From an uncultured delta proteobacterium (GTDB lineage Bacteria; Desulfobacterota; Zymogenia; Zymogenales; Zymogenaceae): DNA of 64,000 nt. Below the pieces are notes generated by a model. It was not told the DNA's origin. It saw nothing but the letters and a program-made list of their open reading frames with translations, and made no database searches. The stretch lies in the NCBI GenBank assembly GCA_963735595.1, contig CAVTLK010000002.1, positions 640,001 to 704,000 on the forward strand, written 5' to 3'. Numbering within the stretch: position 1 is the first letter of the stretch; every line of letters starts with the position of its first letter. Shown in pieces: positions 32,135-42,826 of the stretch. A program made the translations under genes and the position numbers.

Positions 32135-33043
32135 GTGAAAATGATGCTGAAATGGATCCGGTCTGCGATCAGCGAGCTATTCCTTTTCGTCCTCGGTTTC
32201 ATCATGACGCGGACTCCTCTCCGGTTCAACCGGTGCTGTTCCGATGCTATTTTTGTCTGCTTCTATCCGTTAATCCGGTTCCTTCTCTCCTACGATAAGA
32301 CCCTCAAGAAGAATCTCACCATGATTTACGGCGATTCCATAACGCGGCGGCAGGTCAGGCGCCTCGCCCATTCATGCATGAGGAATATCTTAAGGATGCC
32401 GGGAGACATCCTCTACTATGGTTCGCCTAACCACCGCGGGCGTCTTCTCCGGGATATCTCCATTACGGGAACGGAGCATATCGAAGAGGCGCTCAAGAAA
32501 GGCAAAGGGGTGATCGGGCTGGGGGCGCACATGACGCACTTCCTCCTGCTCACGGTGAGGCTCGCCCAGTCGGAGCTTCCCTTTGTCGTGCTTACCAAGG
32601 ACCCCGATAACCCGGTGATCAGGAAAAAACTGCGCGATTGGCGGAACGCCAGCGGGGTGATATCCATCGACGTCGGCGCCGAGGACAAGGGCATGTCCGC
32701 CATTGACAGGGCCTTCAAAGACAACCGGCTTGTCTACTTCATCGCCGACGAGCGCAGGAAACGCAACGCCATGGTCGTGCCGTTTTTCGGAAGGCCTGCG
32801 TATACCGCGGTAGGTCCCGCGGTCTTTTCCAAGAAGACCGGCGCGCCGATCGTCCCGATCTTAGTCGCGCAAAGAAACGGGGGCATCTGTGTCGATATCA
32901 TGCCGGCGGTCGAAGACAGCTCCACGGGCGATTACCAGGACGATATCAGGATTATCACGGAGCGCGCGAACGTCGCAATTGAGCAGTACATCAGGAAGTA
33001 TCCCGACCAATGGCTCTGGACGAGGCCGCGCTGGAAACCGTAA
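32135..33043 (+). CDS. Lipid A lauroyl/lysophospholipid acyltransferase family (LpxL-like)
   Basis: ALKKGKGVI, VPFFGRPA, TGAPIVP and YPDQWLW..RWK. Confidence 0.82.
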   Translation: MKMMLKWIRSAISELFLFVLGFIMTRTPLRFNRCCSDAIFVCFYPLIRFLLSYDKTLKKNLTMIYGDSITRRQVRRLAHSCMRNILRMPGDILYYGSPNHRGRLLRDISITGTEHIEEALKKGKGVIGLGAHMTHFLLLTVRLAQSELPFVVLTKDPDNPVIRKKLRDWRNASGVISIDVGAEDKGMSAIDRAFKDNRLVYFIADERRKRNAMVVPFFGRPAYTAVGPAVFSKKTGAPIVPILVAQRNGGICVDIMPAVEDSSTGDYQDDIRIITERANVAIEQYIRKYPDQWLWTRPRWKP

Positions 33044-33085
33044 TAAGCCGTTATTGTTTTGAGTGGACGGTGTAAATCGCTGAAT

Positions 33086-33120
33086 AAAAAACCCCTTCAG
33101 GTTTCCCTGAAGGGGTTTTT
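33086..33120. terminator. Bidirectional terminator
   Basis: AAAAACCCCTTCAGG-TTTC-CCTGAAGGGGTTTTT between convergent genes. Confidence 0.8.
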
Positions 33121-33140
33121 GAGTTCTCTTATTTTACCGC

Positions 33141-34535
33141 TTAGAAGTCGTAGGTAAGGACGTTGTTGATCATCCAGATCGGGCCCCATTCCTGGTGGGT
33201 GCCACCGACGTTATAGTCGAACGAATCGCCGGTGAAAAGCACGCCGCCCGAGAAGGTGTAGGTCAGGCCTTCCATGATAACGTACTTCACGCCGAGGTCG
33301 ATCTCCCAGCCGAGGTCCATGCTCCCGTTATACCACGGGGTGTAGGTGGTGGCGGGATTATAGTAATTCATCGGGTGACCATAGGCCCTGGTGGCGCCTA
33401 CCGGCTCGGTCCACTTGGCCCAGATGACCGCCGCGGAGAGCGTGAGCTTGCCGTCGCAGCAGAGCGGGGTGGTCTCGAAGTAGAGCTTGACCGCCGTCAG
33501 GTTCTCGATGTCGTTGGCAAAGCCGAGGCCACGGACCCAGGGGTCGTTCAGGCCGCCGCTGCCGTATCCGCCCGCGATGATGTTGCCGAAGTAGAACGCG
33601 TCGGCGAGTATGTAGTTGGCGTTCCAGACCTCGTCGTCCCAGTCGTTGTCGTTGCTGCCGCTTCCCAGGATGAAGGCAATGCCGGCACGCAGCACGTCGT
33701 TGTGATAGGAGGCGTCGAGGTAGACGTTGATCCCGCCGTTGAACGCGTTATCGACGCCGGGATAATCCTCGCGGCCGAACAGGCCGCTCACCTCGCCCTT
33801 GAGGGTGACCATTTTGGCGATCTCGCCGGTGTAGGTGATGCCCGCAAACCCGAGGTTCGCGTGCGCCCTGGGGGCAGTCGCCCCCCACCCGTGGGATATG
33901 TTGTAGCCCGTCCCGTATTTGACGTAGCCGCCGAAGAGCTCGATGGCGTGGTTCGCGTTCGGGGTGTACTTGAGGTCCAGCGCCCAGATCTCGGAATCGC
34001 GGTTATAGAATTCGCTCGCGCCGCCCGCTATAACGTTGTCGTTCCACTTGAAGTACATCGCGGATACGCCCACGGGGCCCCACTTGTTGGCCCACTTGAG
34101 GCCGTCGAGCTTGCCGAGGCTGTCGGAAAACGCGAGCCCGTACCCGAGGGTCACCGGCTGCTTGCCGACGGTGAACGTCCCGATTGTGGGCACGTTGAAT
34201 TCGAGATACGCCTTCCGAACGAATTCACCGGTGATGCTGTTGTTGATCCTGAAGTTCCTCTGCTGGCCCCAGGTGTCCTCGACGAGGTCAAACTGGACGA
34301 CGGCCTTGAGGAAGTCGCTGCTCTTGTGCGTGATGGTCAGGCGGAACCTCTGGTCGAAGTAACCGGTGTAGAGGCCCCGCTCGGACGTCGGGTCGGTGGC
34401 CTTCTTGTCGAAGTTCCAGTTCGAGAACGCCCTGATCCGGTACTGCCCGTTGAAGGTCGTTTCGGCCGCGAACAACGGGGCCGTGAAGGCGACCGTCAGG
34501 ATAACTGCTACCGCAAGAATTAATAGTCTCCTCAT
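33141..34535 (-). CDS. Outer-membrane porin (deltaproteobacterial type)
   Basis: Signal peptide, amphipathic beta-strands (DQRFRL, DLGWEIDL) and C-terminal aromatic YDF. Confidence 0.8.
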   Translation of the reverse strand: MRRLLILAVAVILTVAFTAPLFAAETTFNGQYRIRAFSNWNFDKKATDPTSERGLYTGYFDQRFRLTITHKSSDFLKAVVQFDLVEDTWGQQRNFRINNSITGEFVRKAYLEFNVPTIGTFTVGKQPVTLGYGLAFSDSLGKLDGLKWANKWGPVGVSAMYFKWNDNVIAGGASEFYNRDSEIWALDLKYTPNANHAIELFGGYVKYGTGYNISHGWGATAPRAHANLGFAGITYTGEIAKMVTLKGEVSGLFGREDYPGVDNAFNGGINVYLDASYHNDVLRAGIAFILGSGSNDNDWDDEVWNANYILADAFYFGNIIAGGYGSGGLNDPWVRGLGFANDIENLTAVKLYFETTPLCCDGKLTLSAAVIWAKWTEPVGATRAYGHPMNYYNPATTYTPWYNGSMDLGWEIDLGVKYVIMEGLTYTFSGGVLFTGDSFDYNVGGTHQEWGPIWMINNVLTYDF

Positions 34536-34721
34536 CCAATTACCTCCCGATTCTTTTTACTACATACTACATACTAATGTCGGTATCTGAATACAGTAAT
34601 ACATTGTTGTACTTTTTATCATCTCTATAGCAGCCGTGTCAAGAAAAAAATTAAGATATTCTAATAGTAGCGGTAGGAAAGGCCGTTCTTGCCTCCGGGC
34701 CGCGAAGAGACGCGTGGCGGC

Positions 34722-35390
34722 CTATGTGGCGATATCCCTGATACCGACGATCGTCCTGACGATTTCATCGATGTCGTCCATCTGCTTGATGATACCGATA
34801 TCGGCGGGGGAAATGTTCTCGTACTTCAACACGGTTGAGTTAATCCAGTCCAGGAAGCCCTTCCAGTAGTCACTGCCGACCAGTATGACGGGGAACGGCT
34901 TGATCTTGTGGGTCTGGATGAGCGTGACGGCCTCCGACAGCTCGTCGAGCGTGCCGAAGCCCCCGGGCAGAACGATGTAGGCCAGGGCGTACTTGACAAA
35001 CATCACCTTCCGGCAGAAGAAGTAGCGGAACGAGAGCCTGACGTTAGCATAGTCGTTAGGTTTCTGTTCCATGGGCAGCTCTATGTTGAGCCCCACGGAC
35101 TTTCCCCCGGCCTGGGCCGCGCCCTTGTTGGCCGCCTCCATGATTCCGCCCCCGCCCCCGGTGATGACCGAAATCCCATTTTTTGCAAGCTCTCCCGCAA
35201 GCCGCTCGGCGAGCCGATAATAGGGGTCGTCGGGCTTCACCCGTGCCGATCCGAAGATGGACACGGCCGGCGTCACGTCCGGCAGGGTCTCAAAGCCGTC
35301 CACGAACTCTCCCATTATGCGGAACATCCGCCATGAGTCCTTGGACCCGATGGCGTCGATCAGGTATTGCTTTTCAGAGTTCTTATCCAC
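34722..35390 (-). CDS. LOG family protein (TIGR00730 Rossmann fold)
   Basis: SIFGSAR, ITGGGGGIMEAANKGA and PGGFGTLDE. Likely GTG start at 35390. Confidence 0.92.
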   Translation of the reverse strand: MDKNSEKQYLIDAIGSKDSWRMFRIMGEFVDGFETLPDVTPAVSIFGSARVKPDDPYYRLAERLAGELAKNGISVITGGGGGIMEAANKGAAQAGGKSVGLNIELPMEQKPNDYANVRLSFRYFFCRKVMFVKYALAYIVLPGGFGTLDELSEAVTLIQTHKIKPFPVILVGSDYWKGFLDWINSTVLKYENISPADIGIIKQMDDIDEIVRTIVGIRDIAT

Positions 35391-35589
35391 TATCGGTATT
35401 CCTTTAGATAATAATGACTGCGGCGGCCGGTGAGGCGGCGAGTGGGCGAAGGCCACCAATATCCGTATTGTAGTATATCTGCGTACAAAAGGAAATCCTA
35501 ATGTGGATGAGCAGCGGTTTTTTCGGCTTACCGATTGCCGGGCCGGCATTCCTATTGACAATTCGTGCGTTCTGATTTAGGATTTAGCC

Positions 35590-35988
35590 ATGAAGATACT
35601 ACAGAACAAACGGGGGGCTTCCGGCCTCGGCATTCTCGGCTACATCATCGCAGTAATCCTCATCCTCTGGGGATTGATCAATCTCTATTCCCTGGCGGCC
35701 CCCGGCGCGGGCAACCCCACCGGGAGGGTTATCATCGGTCTCGTGTTGATAGCCATCGGCGGCGGGCTCCTCTTCTTCATCCCGAAGTGGGAATCCCGGC
35801 GGCCCCAGCAGATAGAGATGACCCAGAAGATAGACCTGGCGGGAAACGTCAACACCGCGAAACTAAAATGCCAGAACTGCGGGGCCGATCTGGACAAAGA
35901 CAGTGTGGCGGTGAGGGCGGGGGGTATCTTCGTCAACTGCCCCTACTGCAAGAGCGCATACCAGATCACCGAGGAGCCCAAGTGGTAG
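35590..35988 (+). CDS. Two-TM protein with C-terminal zinc ribbon
   Basis: Two hydrophobic helices and CQNC...CPYC. Confidence 0.8.
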   Translation: MKILQNKRGASGLGILGYIIAVILILWGLINLYSLAAPGAGNPTGRVIIGLVLIAIGGGLLFFIPKWESRRPQQIEMTQKIDLAGNVNTAKLKCQNCGADLDKDSVAVRAGGIFVNCPYCKSAYQITEEPKW

Positions 35989-36141
35989 GATGCCGGCCCC
36001 TGACCGGACCGGTCGGTTTATTCCAGCCGTGCGTTCGGTAATCGACCGGGCCTGCGGCGCATGGTACTACCGTTCCTGTTCCCGGGCACTTTCGCCGGGA
36101 TTCGTCGGATAACCGTCTGTATTCATATTGGGGAGTGAGCT

Positions 36142-37744
36142 GTGAATATAAAGAGGGTACTTCGTGTCGTCGCCCTGATATCGGCGGCCGTTGCTTTTTC
36201 CCGTCGCCCCCTCGTTTGCCCAGACCTACTATTTCTCCGTCCCGTCCAACCACTCGGACGTCTTCATCAACCAGGACGGGTCGATCACCATCTCCTACGC
36301 GATCACCTTCGCCAATGATTCCGGGGCTTCGCCCATAGACGTCGTCGACATCGGCCTGCCCAACGACAACTACGACCTGTCCACCGCAAAGGCCTGGATC
36401 GGCGATCAGCCGATCACCGAGATCTACAAATCGACCTACATCGATACGGGTGTGGAGGTGCGCCTGGGGTCCCAGAGCATCATGCCGGGCGCGACCGGCA
36501 CCCTGTACTTCCAGATCGACAACCCCCACATGGTCTACACCGACGACGAGAAGCCGGACTATGCCTCGGTGGAGTTCTCGCCCACCTGGTACGGCTCGGA
36601 TTATACCTACGGCACGACAGACGTCATGGTCAATTTCCACTTTCCCGCCGGCGTAACGGCCGAAGAGACCATCTATCATTACCGACAGTACGACACCTAT
36701 TCGTTCGACAAGGACGGGCGCATCGTCTTTACCTTCCGGGAACCCGCGGGGAGCCCGTCGTCCCAATATATGTACGGCGTCTCGTTTCCCGCGAAATACG
36801 TCACGACCGTCTTCGAGCCGTATCGCCCGCCCTTTATCCTCAAGGTGCTCGAGTTTTTCGTTGAGCATATCTTCCTCTTCTTTTTCCTAGGGATGATCGG
36901 GTTCATCGTTCTCAATCTCTTTCGCAAACGGCAGCGCAAGATGCAGTACATGCCGGCAAACGTGGCCATCGAAGGGGTGGGGATCAAGCGGGGCCTCACG
37001 GCGCCGGAGGCGGCCCTCCTCACGGATACGCCTTTGGCCAAGGTCGTCACGATGATCCTGTTCGGCCTCCTTAAAAAGGGAATCGTCCGCGTGGAGACGG
37101 TGCCGACACCCAAGGTCTTCAAGCTTGACGGCGCCGGGAGCGAGGCGCTGCGGCCGTACGAAAAGGCCTTCCTGGCCTGCGTAAAGGCCGACGGCACGCT
37201 GGACACCGGACCGCTCAAGCCGGTCATGGTGGACATGATTAAGGAAACCAATAAGGCCCTCAAGGGGTTCTCCCGCGCAGAGACCACCGACTACTACCGC
37301 GCGATCGTCGATCTGGCCTGGAAGCACGTGAAGGCCGCCAACACCCCGGAGCTGCTCGGGCAGGAGTGGGACAAACAGCTCGAGTGGACAATGATGGATA
37401 AGGACTACGACAAAAGGATGGAAGATACCTTCGACGGCCGCGACGTGGTGATGCCGAGGTGGTACGGGAACTACTCCGGGCCGGCTACGCCGGCCGAGTG
37501 CGGCGGGCGGCACAGTTTGAGATGCCCGGGGCCAAGCTCGCCAACGATATGGTCATCCTCGGTGGAGGGTTTCTCCGGTAAACTGATAACCAACGTCGAG
37601 AGCTTCGTGACCGGGGTATCGCGGGTGACCAACCCGCCGCCACAGACCAGCAGCGGCAGGAGCTCCGGCGGCGGCGGGGGCGGATGCGCCTGTGCATGCG
37701 CCTGTGCCGGATGTGCGTGCGCCTGTGCAGGGGGAGGGAGATAG
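36142..37744 (+). CDS. Exported/membrane protein (DUF2207-like architecture) with C-terminal Gly linker and Cys-Ala repeat tail
   Basis: Signal peptide (frameshift near 36190), beta-rich extracytoplasmic domain (DVFINQDGSITISYAITF), a TM segment, GLTAPEAA, and ending GGGGGGCACACACAGCACACAGGGR*. Confidence 0.8.
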
Positions 37745-37747
37745 ACC

Positions 37748-39109
37748 ATGAAGATGTTTGACTCGATTGCCGGGCTCTTTACCAGGGAAAAACCGCTCGG
37801 TGCAGGCGTCTACCACCGCCGGGTAACCGGCGAGGACGGAAACAACTATCGGCTCCACCTGCGGGTGGAAGAGGGGGGCGCCGGGATACTCTCGATCAAC
37901 GCCGCCAAGATCCTCCACCTCAACCCGACTGCGGCGGAGCACGCCAAGCTCATCATCGAGGGCATACCGCGGGAGCAGGCCGTCAAAGAGATCACGAGGC
38001 GGTACCGGGTCGGCACGAAACAGGCCGCCGCCGACTATGACAAGCTCATGGACGTCGTCCATGCCCTCTCCTCAACCGACGACGTCTGCCCCATCTCATA
38101 TCTGGACGTCTCCCGCATCGAGCCCTTTTCCACCCCGGTGAGCGCCCCGTACCGGATGGACCTCGCCCTCACGTACCGGTGCGACAACGGCTGCGGCCAC
38201 TGCTACGTGAGCAGGGACCGCAAGGTCGCGGAGATGGATACCGCGTCCTGGAAACGGGTTATCGACCGTCTCTGGGAGATCGGCATCTACCACGTCTCGT
38301 TTACCGGAGGGGAGGCAACGCAGAGAGACGACCTGGCCCGGCTCGTGGCCCATACCCAGGACGTCGGGATGGTCTCGGGGCTGCTGACCAACGGGAGGAG
38401 GCTTTCGGACAAAAAATTCCTCAAGACCCTCGTGGACGAGGGCATCGACTATTTCCAGGTCACGCTCGAATCGGCCGACAGGTCGATCCACAACGCGATG
38501 GTCGGGACCGACGGCTGGGACCAGACCGTCGCGGGCATAAAAAACGCGGCCTCGACGGCGCTCTACACCATCACCAACACCACCATTACCCGGCATAACA
38601 TCAAAACGCTTTCCAAGACCGTCGATTTCATCGCGGGGCTGGGCGTCAACGCCTTTGCCATGAACGGCATCATCTACAGCGGCGAGGCCAAGTCGGGTAA
38701 AGACGCCGTCACCGAGAAAGAGCTCGAAACGGCGCTGCGGGAGGTGTCCGACGCGGCCGCGAGAAACAACCTGCGCTTTATCTGGTACACCCCGACCCAG
38801 TACTGCAAGCTGGACCCGATGGACCTTTCCATCGGGATCAAGCAGTGCACGGCCGGCAAGTTCAACATGCTCATCGAGCCGGACGGGACGGTGCTCCCCT
38901 GCCAGAGCTACTTTGAGCCGGTGGGAAACATCCTGAAGGACGACTGGAAGGCGATCTGGAACCACCCGCTCCTGGTATCGTTGAGGAACCGGGATTTCGT
39001 GATGGAAAAGTGCCACACCTGCGAGAAGCTCGATGTCTGCGGCGGCGGCTGCCCGCTGGAGCTGCAGAAAGACAGCTACTGCTGCCCGGACAGCCTGAGC
39101 AACCCGTAG
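37748..39109 (+). CDS. Radical SAM/SPASM protein with N-terminal PqqD-like (RRE) domain
   Basis: LNPTAAE..KLI..G...EQAVKEITRRY.V...QA..D (PqqD-like), CDNGCGHC, FTGGE, and SPASM CTAG...PDGTVLPC...CHTC..LDVCGGGCP. Confidence 0.92.
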   Translation: MKMFDSIAGLFTREKPLGAGVYHRRVTGEDGNNYRLHLRVEEGGAGILSINAAKILHLNPTAAEHAKLIIEGIPREQAVKEITRRYRVGTKQAAADYDKLMDVVHALSSTDDVCPISYLDVSRIEPFSTPVSAPYRMDLALTYRCDNGCGHCYVSRDRKVAEMDTASWKRVIDRLWEIGIYHVSFTGGEATQRDDLARLVAHTQDVGMVSGLLTNGRRLSDKKFLKTLVDEGIDYFQVTLESADRSIHNAMVGTDGWDQTVAGIKNAASTALYTITNTTITRHNIKTLSKTVDFIAGLGVNAFAMNGIIYSGEAKSGKDAVTEKELETALREVSDAAARNNLRFIWYTPTQYCKLDPMDLSIGIKQCTAGKFNMLIEPDGTVLPCQSYFEPVGNILKDDWKAIWNHPLLVSLRNRDFVMEKCHTCEKLDVCGGGCPLELQKDSYCCPDSLSNP

Positions 39110-39245
39110 GCGATTCGAAAGGGACCGTGCCCGTCCGGGGTTTCCCAGCGAAGACGAATAAAGCCGAAAAATTACTAAAGCCGCCCGGAAGGTGGGCGGC
39201 TTTATCGTCTGTTTTACCTGATAATCCAGGGCCACGGGGACCCGG

Positions 39246-39572
39246 CTAATAGACCCTTTGCCCGTTGGCAACCTGCCGATCCACCGACAACAGCACTATC
39301 CCCGAGTAGCTGTCCACCCCGAGCACCAGAACCTCCGACCTGACGCCCGCGACCTGCTTGGGCGGGAAGTTGACCACGCAGATCACCTGCCGCCCCACCA
39401 GATCTGCCGTGGAGTAGAGCTTCGTAATCTGGGCGCTCGACATCCGCGTGCCGAGGTCGCCGAGGTCGATCTCGAGGATGTATGCGGGCTTGCGAGCCAG
39501 CTCGTTGAGCCGGGCCGACTTTATCGTCCCCACCCGCATGTCCACCGAGATGAACTCTTCGTAATCTATCAT
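39246..39572 (-). CDS. csaA: tRNA-binding OB-fold protein / chaperone CsaA
   Basis: DMRVGTI, KPAY, SSAQIT and VVNFPPKQVAG..SEVLVLG. Confidence 0.85.
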   Translation of the reverse strand: MIDYEEFISVDMRVGTIKSARLNELARKPAYILEIDLGDLGTRMSSAQITKLYSTADLVGRQVICVVNFPPKQVAGVRSEVLVLGVDSYSGIVLLSVDRQVANGQRVY

Positions 39573-39667
39573 GGGTTGGCTCCTGGCAGACAATTATGAA
39601 TTGATTGAAATACCTTGTCAAAGGAAAAGAATTGACAGGGGAACAGAAAAGCGGGAATGATAGTCCC

Positions 39668-40428
39668 ATGGCGAACGTCACGGAAGATCGGGAGCTTTCC
39701 TACCTCGGCCTCCAGGCCGGCTGGACAAGGGCCATGCGCGTCCATCTCTACCGCAGGATCGCGCTTATGGCCCGCCGGCGCATCCTTGACATCGGGTGCG
39801 CCGATGGATTGATAACCGCCGAGATCGCGGCGCGGACCCGGGGAGAGGTCATCGGAATCGATATCCGCCCCGAACGGGTCGGCGAGGCCCGCAGGAACCA
39901 CCCGGACATCGACTTTCGGGCGGCCGACGCCCATGAGCTTCCGTTTGACGACGGGGCGTTTGACGCGGTAATCACCAACTTCACCCTGATGTGGACGGAG
40001 CGCCCCGGCCGGGCGATGGCCGAGGCCGCGAGGGTCCTGAAAAGCGGGGGGGCGTTCCTCGCGTCGGGCGAGCCCGATTACGGCGGCAGGATCGACGAGC
40101 CGGGGTCCCTCTCGGCGCTTACCGGGGCCTGGGCCGAATCAATCGGGGCCGACGGGGGCGACCCCTTCTTCGGGCGGCGGCTGAAGGGCCTCCTTGCCGG
40201 ATCGGGCCTTCGGTCGGTGGAGGTCGGGGTAATACCGTCGGTATGGGAGCCATCGCCGGGCGATGAGCTTGAGGCGTACCTGGATTGTCTGAGGTATTTG
40301 TTTTACGGCCGGGTCCCCGGGGGGGGCTTGACATAGACGAGATTATCAAGCGCGAGCGGCAGGCCGCCCGCTCCGGGGCGCGCCTGGTCTTCCTGCCGAT
40401 CTTCTGGGGGATCGGGGAAAAGCCGTGA
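39668..40428 (+). CDS. Class I SAM-dependent methyltransferase, frameshifted in a G-run near 40325
   Basis: ILDIGCADG, ADAHELPFDDGAFD and RVLKSGG. Confidence 0.85.
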
Positions 40429-40500
40429 AAAGCGATCGCGCCGCCGCGCCCGGCCGGAACTCTCCCGTCATGGTGTCCCGTCCGGCGGGATACAAACCCG

Positions 40501-42826
40501 TCAATCTGCCCTGTCCGTCAGTCTGGCGGGCCTTTCCGGTTGTTTCCTGCGGTTTTTTCTCGGCAGGAACGTCACAAGCCCTGCCGGCAGGAGAAACAGG
40601 TCGCCGAAGATCGCCGTGATCATCGTAATCCCCGAAAGGAGGCCGAAATACGTCGTCGGCCTGAAGCTCGCAAACAACAGGCACCAGAAGCCCAGCACGA
40701 GGGTGAGCGACGTGATGACCGCGGCCCTGCCGGTCGTCCTGAACGTGGTGGCGATCGCCTCCTCGTGGGAGGCGCCCGCCCGTACCTCGTGCCGGAAGCG
40801 GCTGAGGAAATGGATCGTGTCGTCCACCGCGATACCCGTGGCCACCGAGGCGATCATCACCGTTGCGGTATCGAGGTTTATCCCGAACAGGCCCATCGCC
40901 CCCATCGTCATCGCCACGGGGATGATATTGGGGATGATGGAAATCAGCCCCAGACGGACGGAGCGGAGCTGGAGGGCCAGGATGAAAAAGATCACCAGAA
41001 ACGACGTGGTGAACGAGGATATCTGGCTCTGGATTATGTAATCGACCATGTGGACATAGAGCGGTATTATGCCGGTGACGCGCCCCGTCAGCCCCTCGGG
41101 GAGGTTTGCCGAAAAGTAGTCGTCGAACTTCTTGATGAGCCGCTTGGAGGTATTGGAGGTCAGACCTCCCGCCGCGCACGCTGACCCGCAGCTCGGAGGC
41201 GTCGAAGTTGACGAAGTAGTCCAGCTCCCCTTCCTGGGAGGTCTCGTAGAGGAGGAGGAGCTGCGCGACGCCCTCCCGCGAGTCGGGGATGGAGTAACGC
41301 TCCGGGTCGTTGTTGAAGAACGCCATGTTCAGCCGCTTAATAAGATCGGTGGCGGCAACCGAGGTGGAGACGTTGGGATCGGTCAGGACAAAGCGCTGGA
41401 ATTTCTCGACTGCAACGAGCGTCCGGGGGTCGTGGGCGCTGCCCGGCTCCCCCGCGATAACCACCTCAACCGGCGAAATATGCCCGAAGTTCTTCTCGAT
41501 AAAACCGTAGGCGTAGCGCAGCGGCTGGCCCTTTTTGAGATAGTCCAGGTTTTGCGTTTCGACCGTGATCCTGGTGATAAAAAAGACCGAGACGGCAAAG
41601 AGGAGCGCGCCGACGATAAGGATAGGCACCGGGTGCCTCAGGTCGAAACGGCAGATAGCGGCGGTGAGCCGGTCGATGATGCCGCCGGCGCGGTGGGCTT
41701 TCGCCCGCGGCTTAGGCCTCGGCATCAGGCTCAGCGCGATCGGGACAAACGTGACGTTGAGGATATAGGCAATGGAGAGCCCCAGCCCGGAAAAAAGGCC
41801 GATCTCGCGCAGGGGAACGATCTTGGCAAAGAGAAATGAGGAAAACCCGACGATGGTCGTTATGGCGGTCATCAGGCATGGCGTCCCCAACAGGCCGATT
41901 GTCTCAACGACAGCGGCCCTCCGATCCATACCCGCACCGATATCGTCCAGGTAGTGGCTGGTGATGTGGATGCTGTCCGATACGCCGATGACCATGACGA
42001 GGGGGGGCACCATCGTGGTGATCAGGCTCATGGTAAAGCCGAGGGCGTTGTATATCCCCATCGAGATGATGACGCTGGAGGCCATCGAAAGGGTGGATAG
42101 GATCGACGTCGACCAGCGACCCATCAGGAAATACAGGACAAAGATGTTAAGGAAGATGGTCAGGGGAATAAAGACGTTGAGATCCCGGAAGGTGAGGGCG
42201 TTCATGTCCACGTTGAGGACGGGGATGCCGGCGACGTAAAGGGTATCGCCCCACAACGTTTCGTATTTCTCCGCGACCGCCCGGACCTCGCCCACGATAC
42301 GGGGCCGCTCCTGGTCCATGGAGCCGGCCTGTTCAAGCCGCGCGGTGATGAGGGCGGTTGTGGCGTCCTCCGAAATCAGCGTCCCGATAAAAAGCGGGTT
42401 ACTGAAGACGCGCGTTCTGAGCTCGGCTAACTCCTTGTCGGACCGGGGGATTTCACCGGTTAGCTTTTCGATTACGATGCCGTCCGTTGTCCCCCAGACA
42501 TCGACCGAATCGGTAATGCTGGCGACCCGCGAGACCCCGTCGATCTTCGCCAGGTCGGTCCCGATGTCGCGGATGATCTCGAGGTCGCGCGTATTGAAAA
42601 CGCCCCGCTCGTCCTTAAGAGCGATCACGACGAACTCGTCGCCCCCGAATGTCTCCTCGAACCGGTCATAGTCGGCAAGGTTCGGATCGTCGCTGACGAA
42701 ATAGATGCGGACGGCGTTGTTGATCCGCATGTCCCTGGCTTCGTGGATCGAGAAAGCCAGGATGACGATAAAGGCCGCCAGGATCGGCCAGCGCCACGCG
42801 AGCACCAGCTCGGCGAATTTCTTCAT
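40501..42826 (-). CDS. MMPL/RND-superfamily exporter, frameshifted near 41150
   Basis: Two TM bundles with IGVSDSIH and GIAVDDTIH. Confidence 0.88.

Noticed and set aside
37471..37560. Extra Cys residues (ECGGRHSLRCPG) upstream of the CACA tail
   Set aside because: Probably a compensated double frameshift, since the alternative frame reads FEMPGAKLANDMV. These Cys were not counted as part of the motif.
39668..40428. Methyltransferase as tailoring enzyme of the CACA/rSAM locus
   Set aside because: It is separated by a hairpin near 39180-39200 and by the opposite-strand csaA gene, and there is no evidence of linkage from this window alone.
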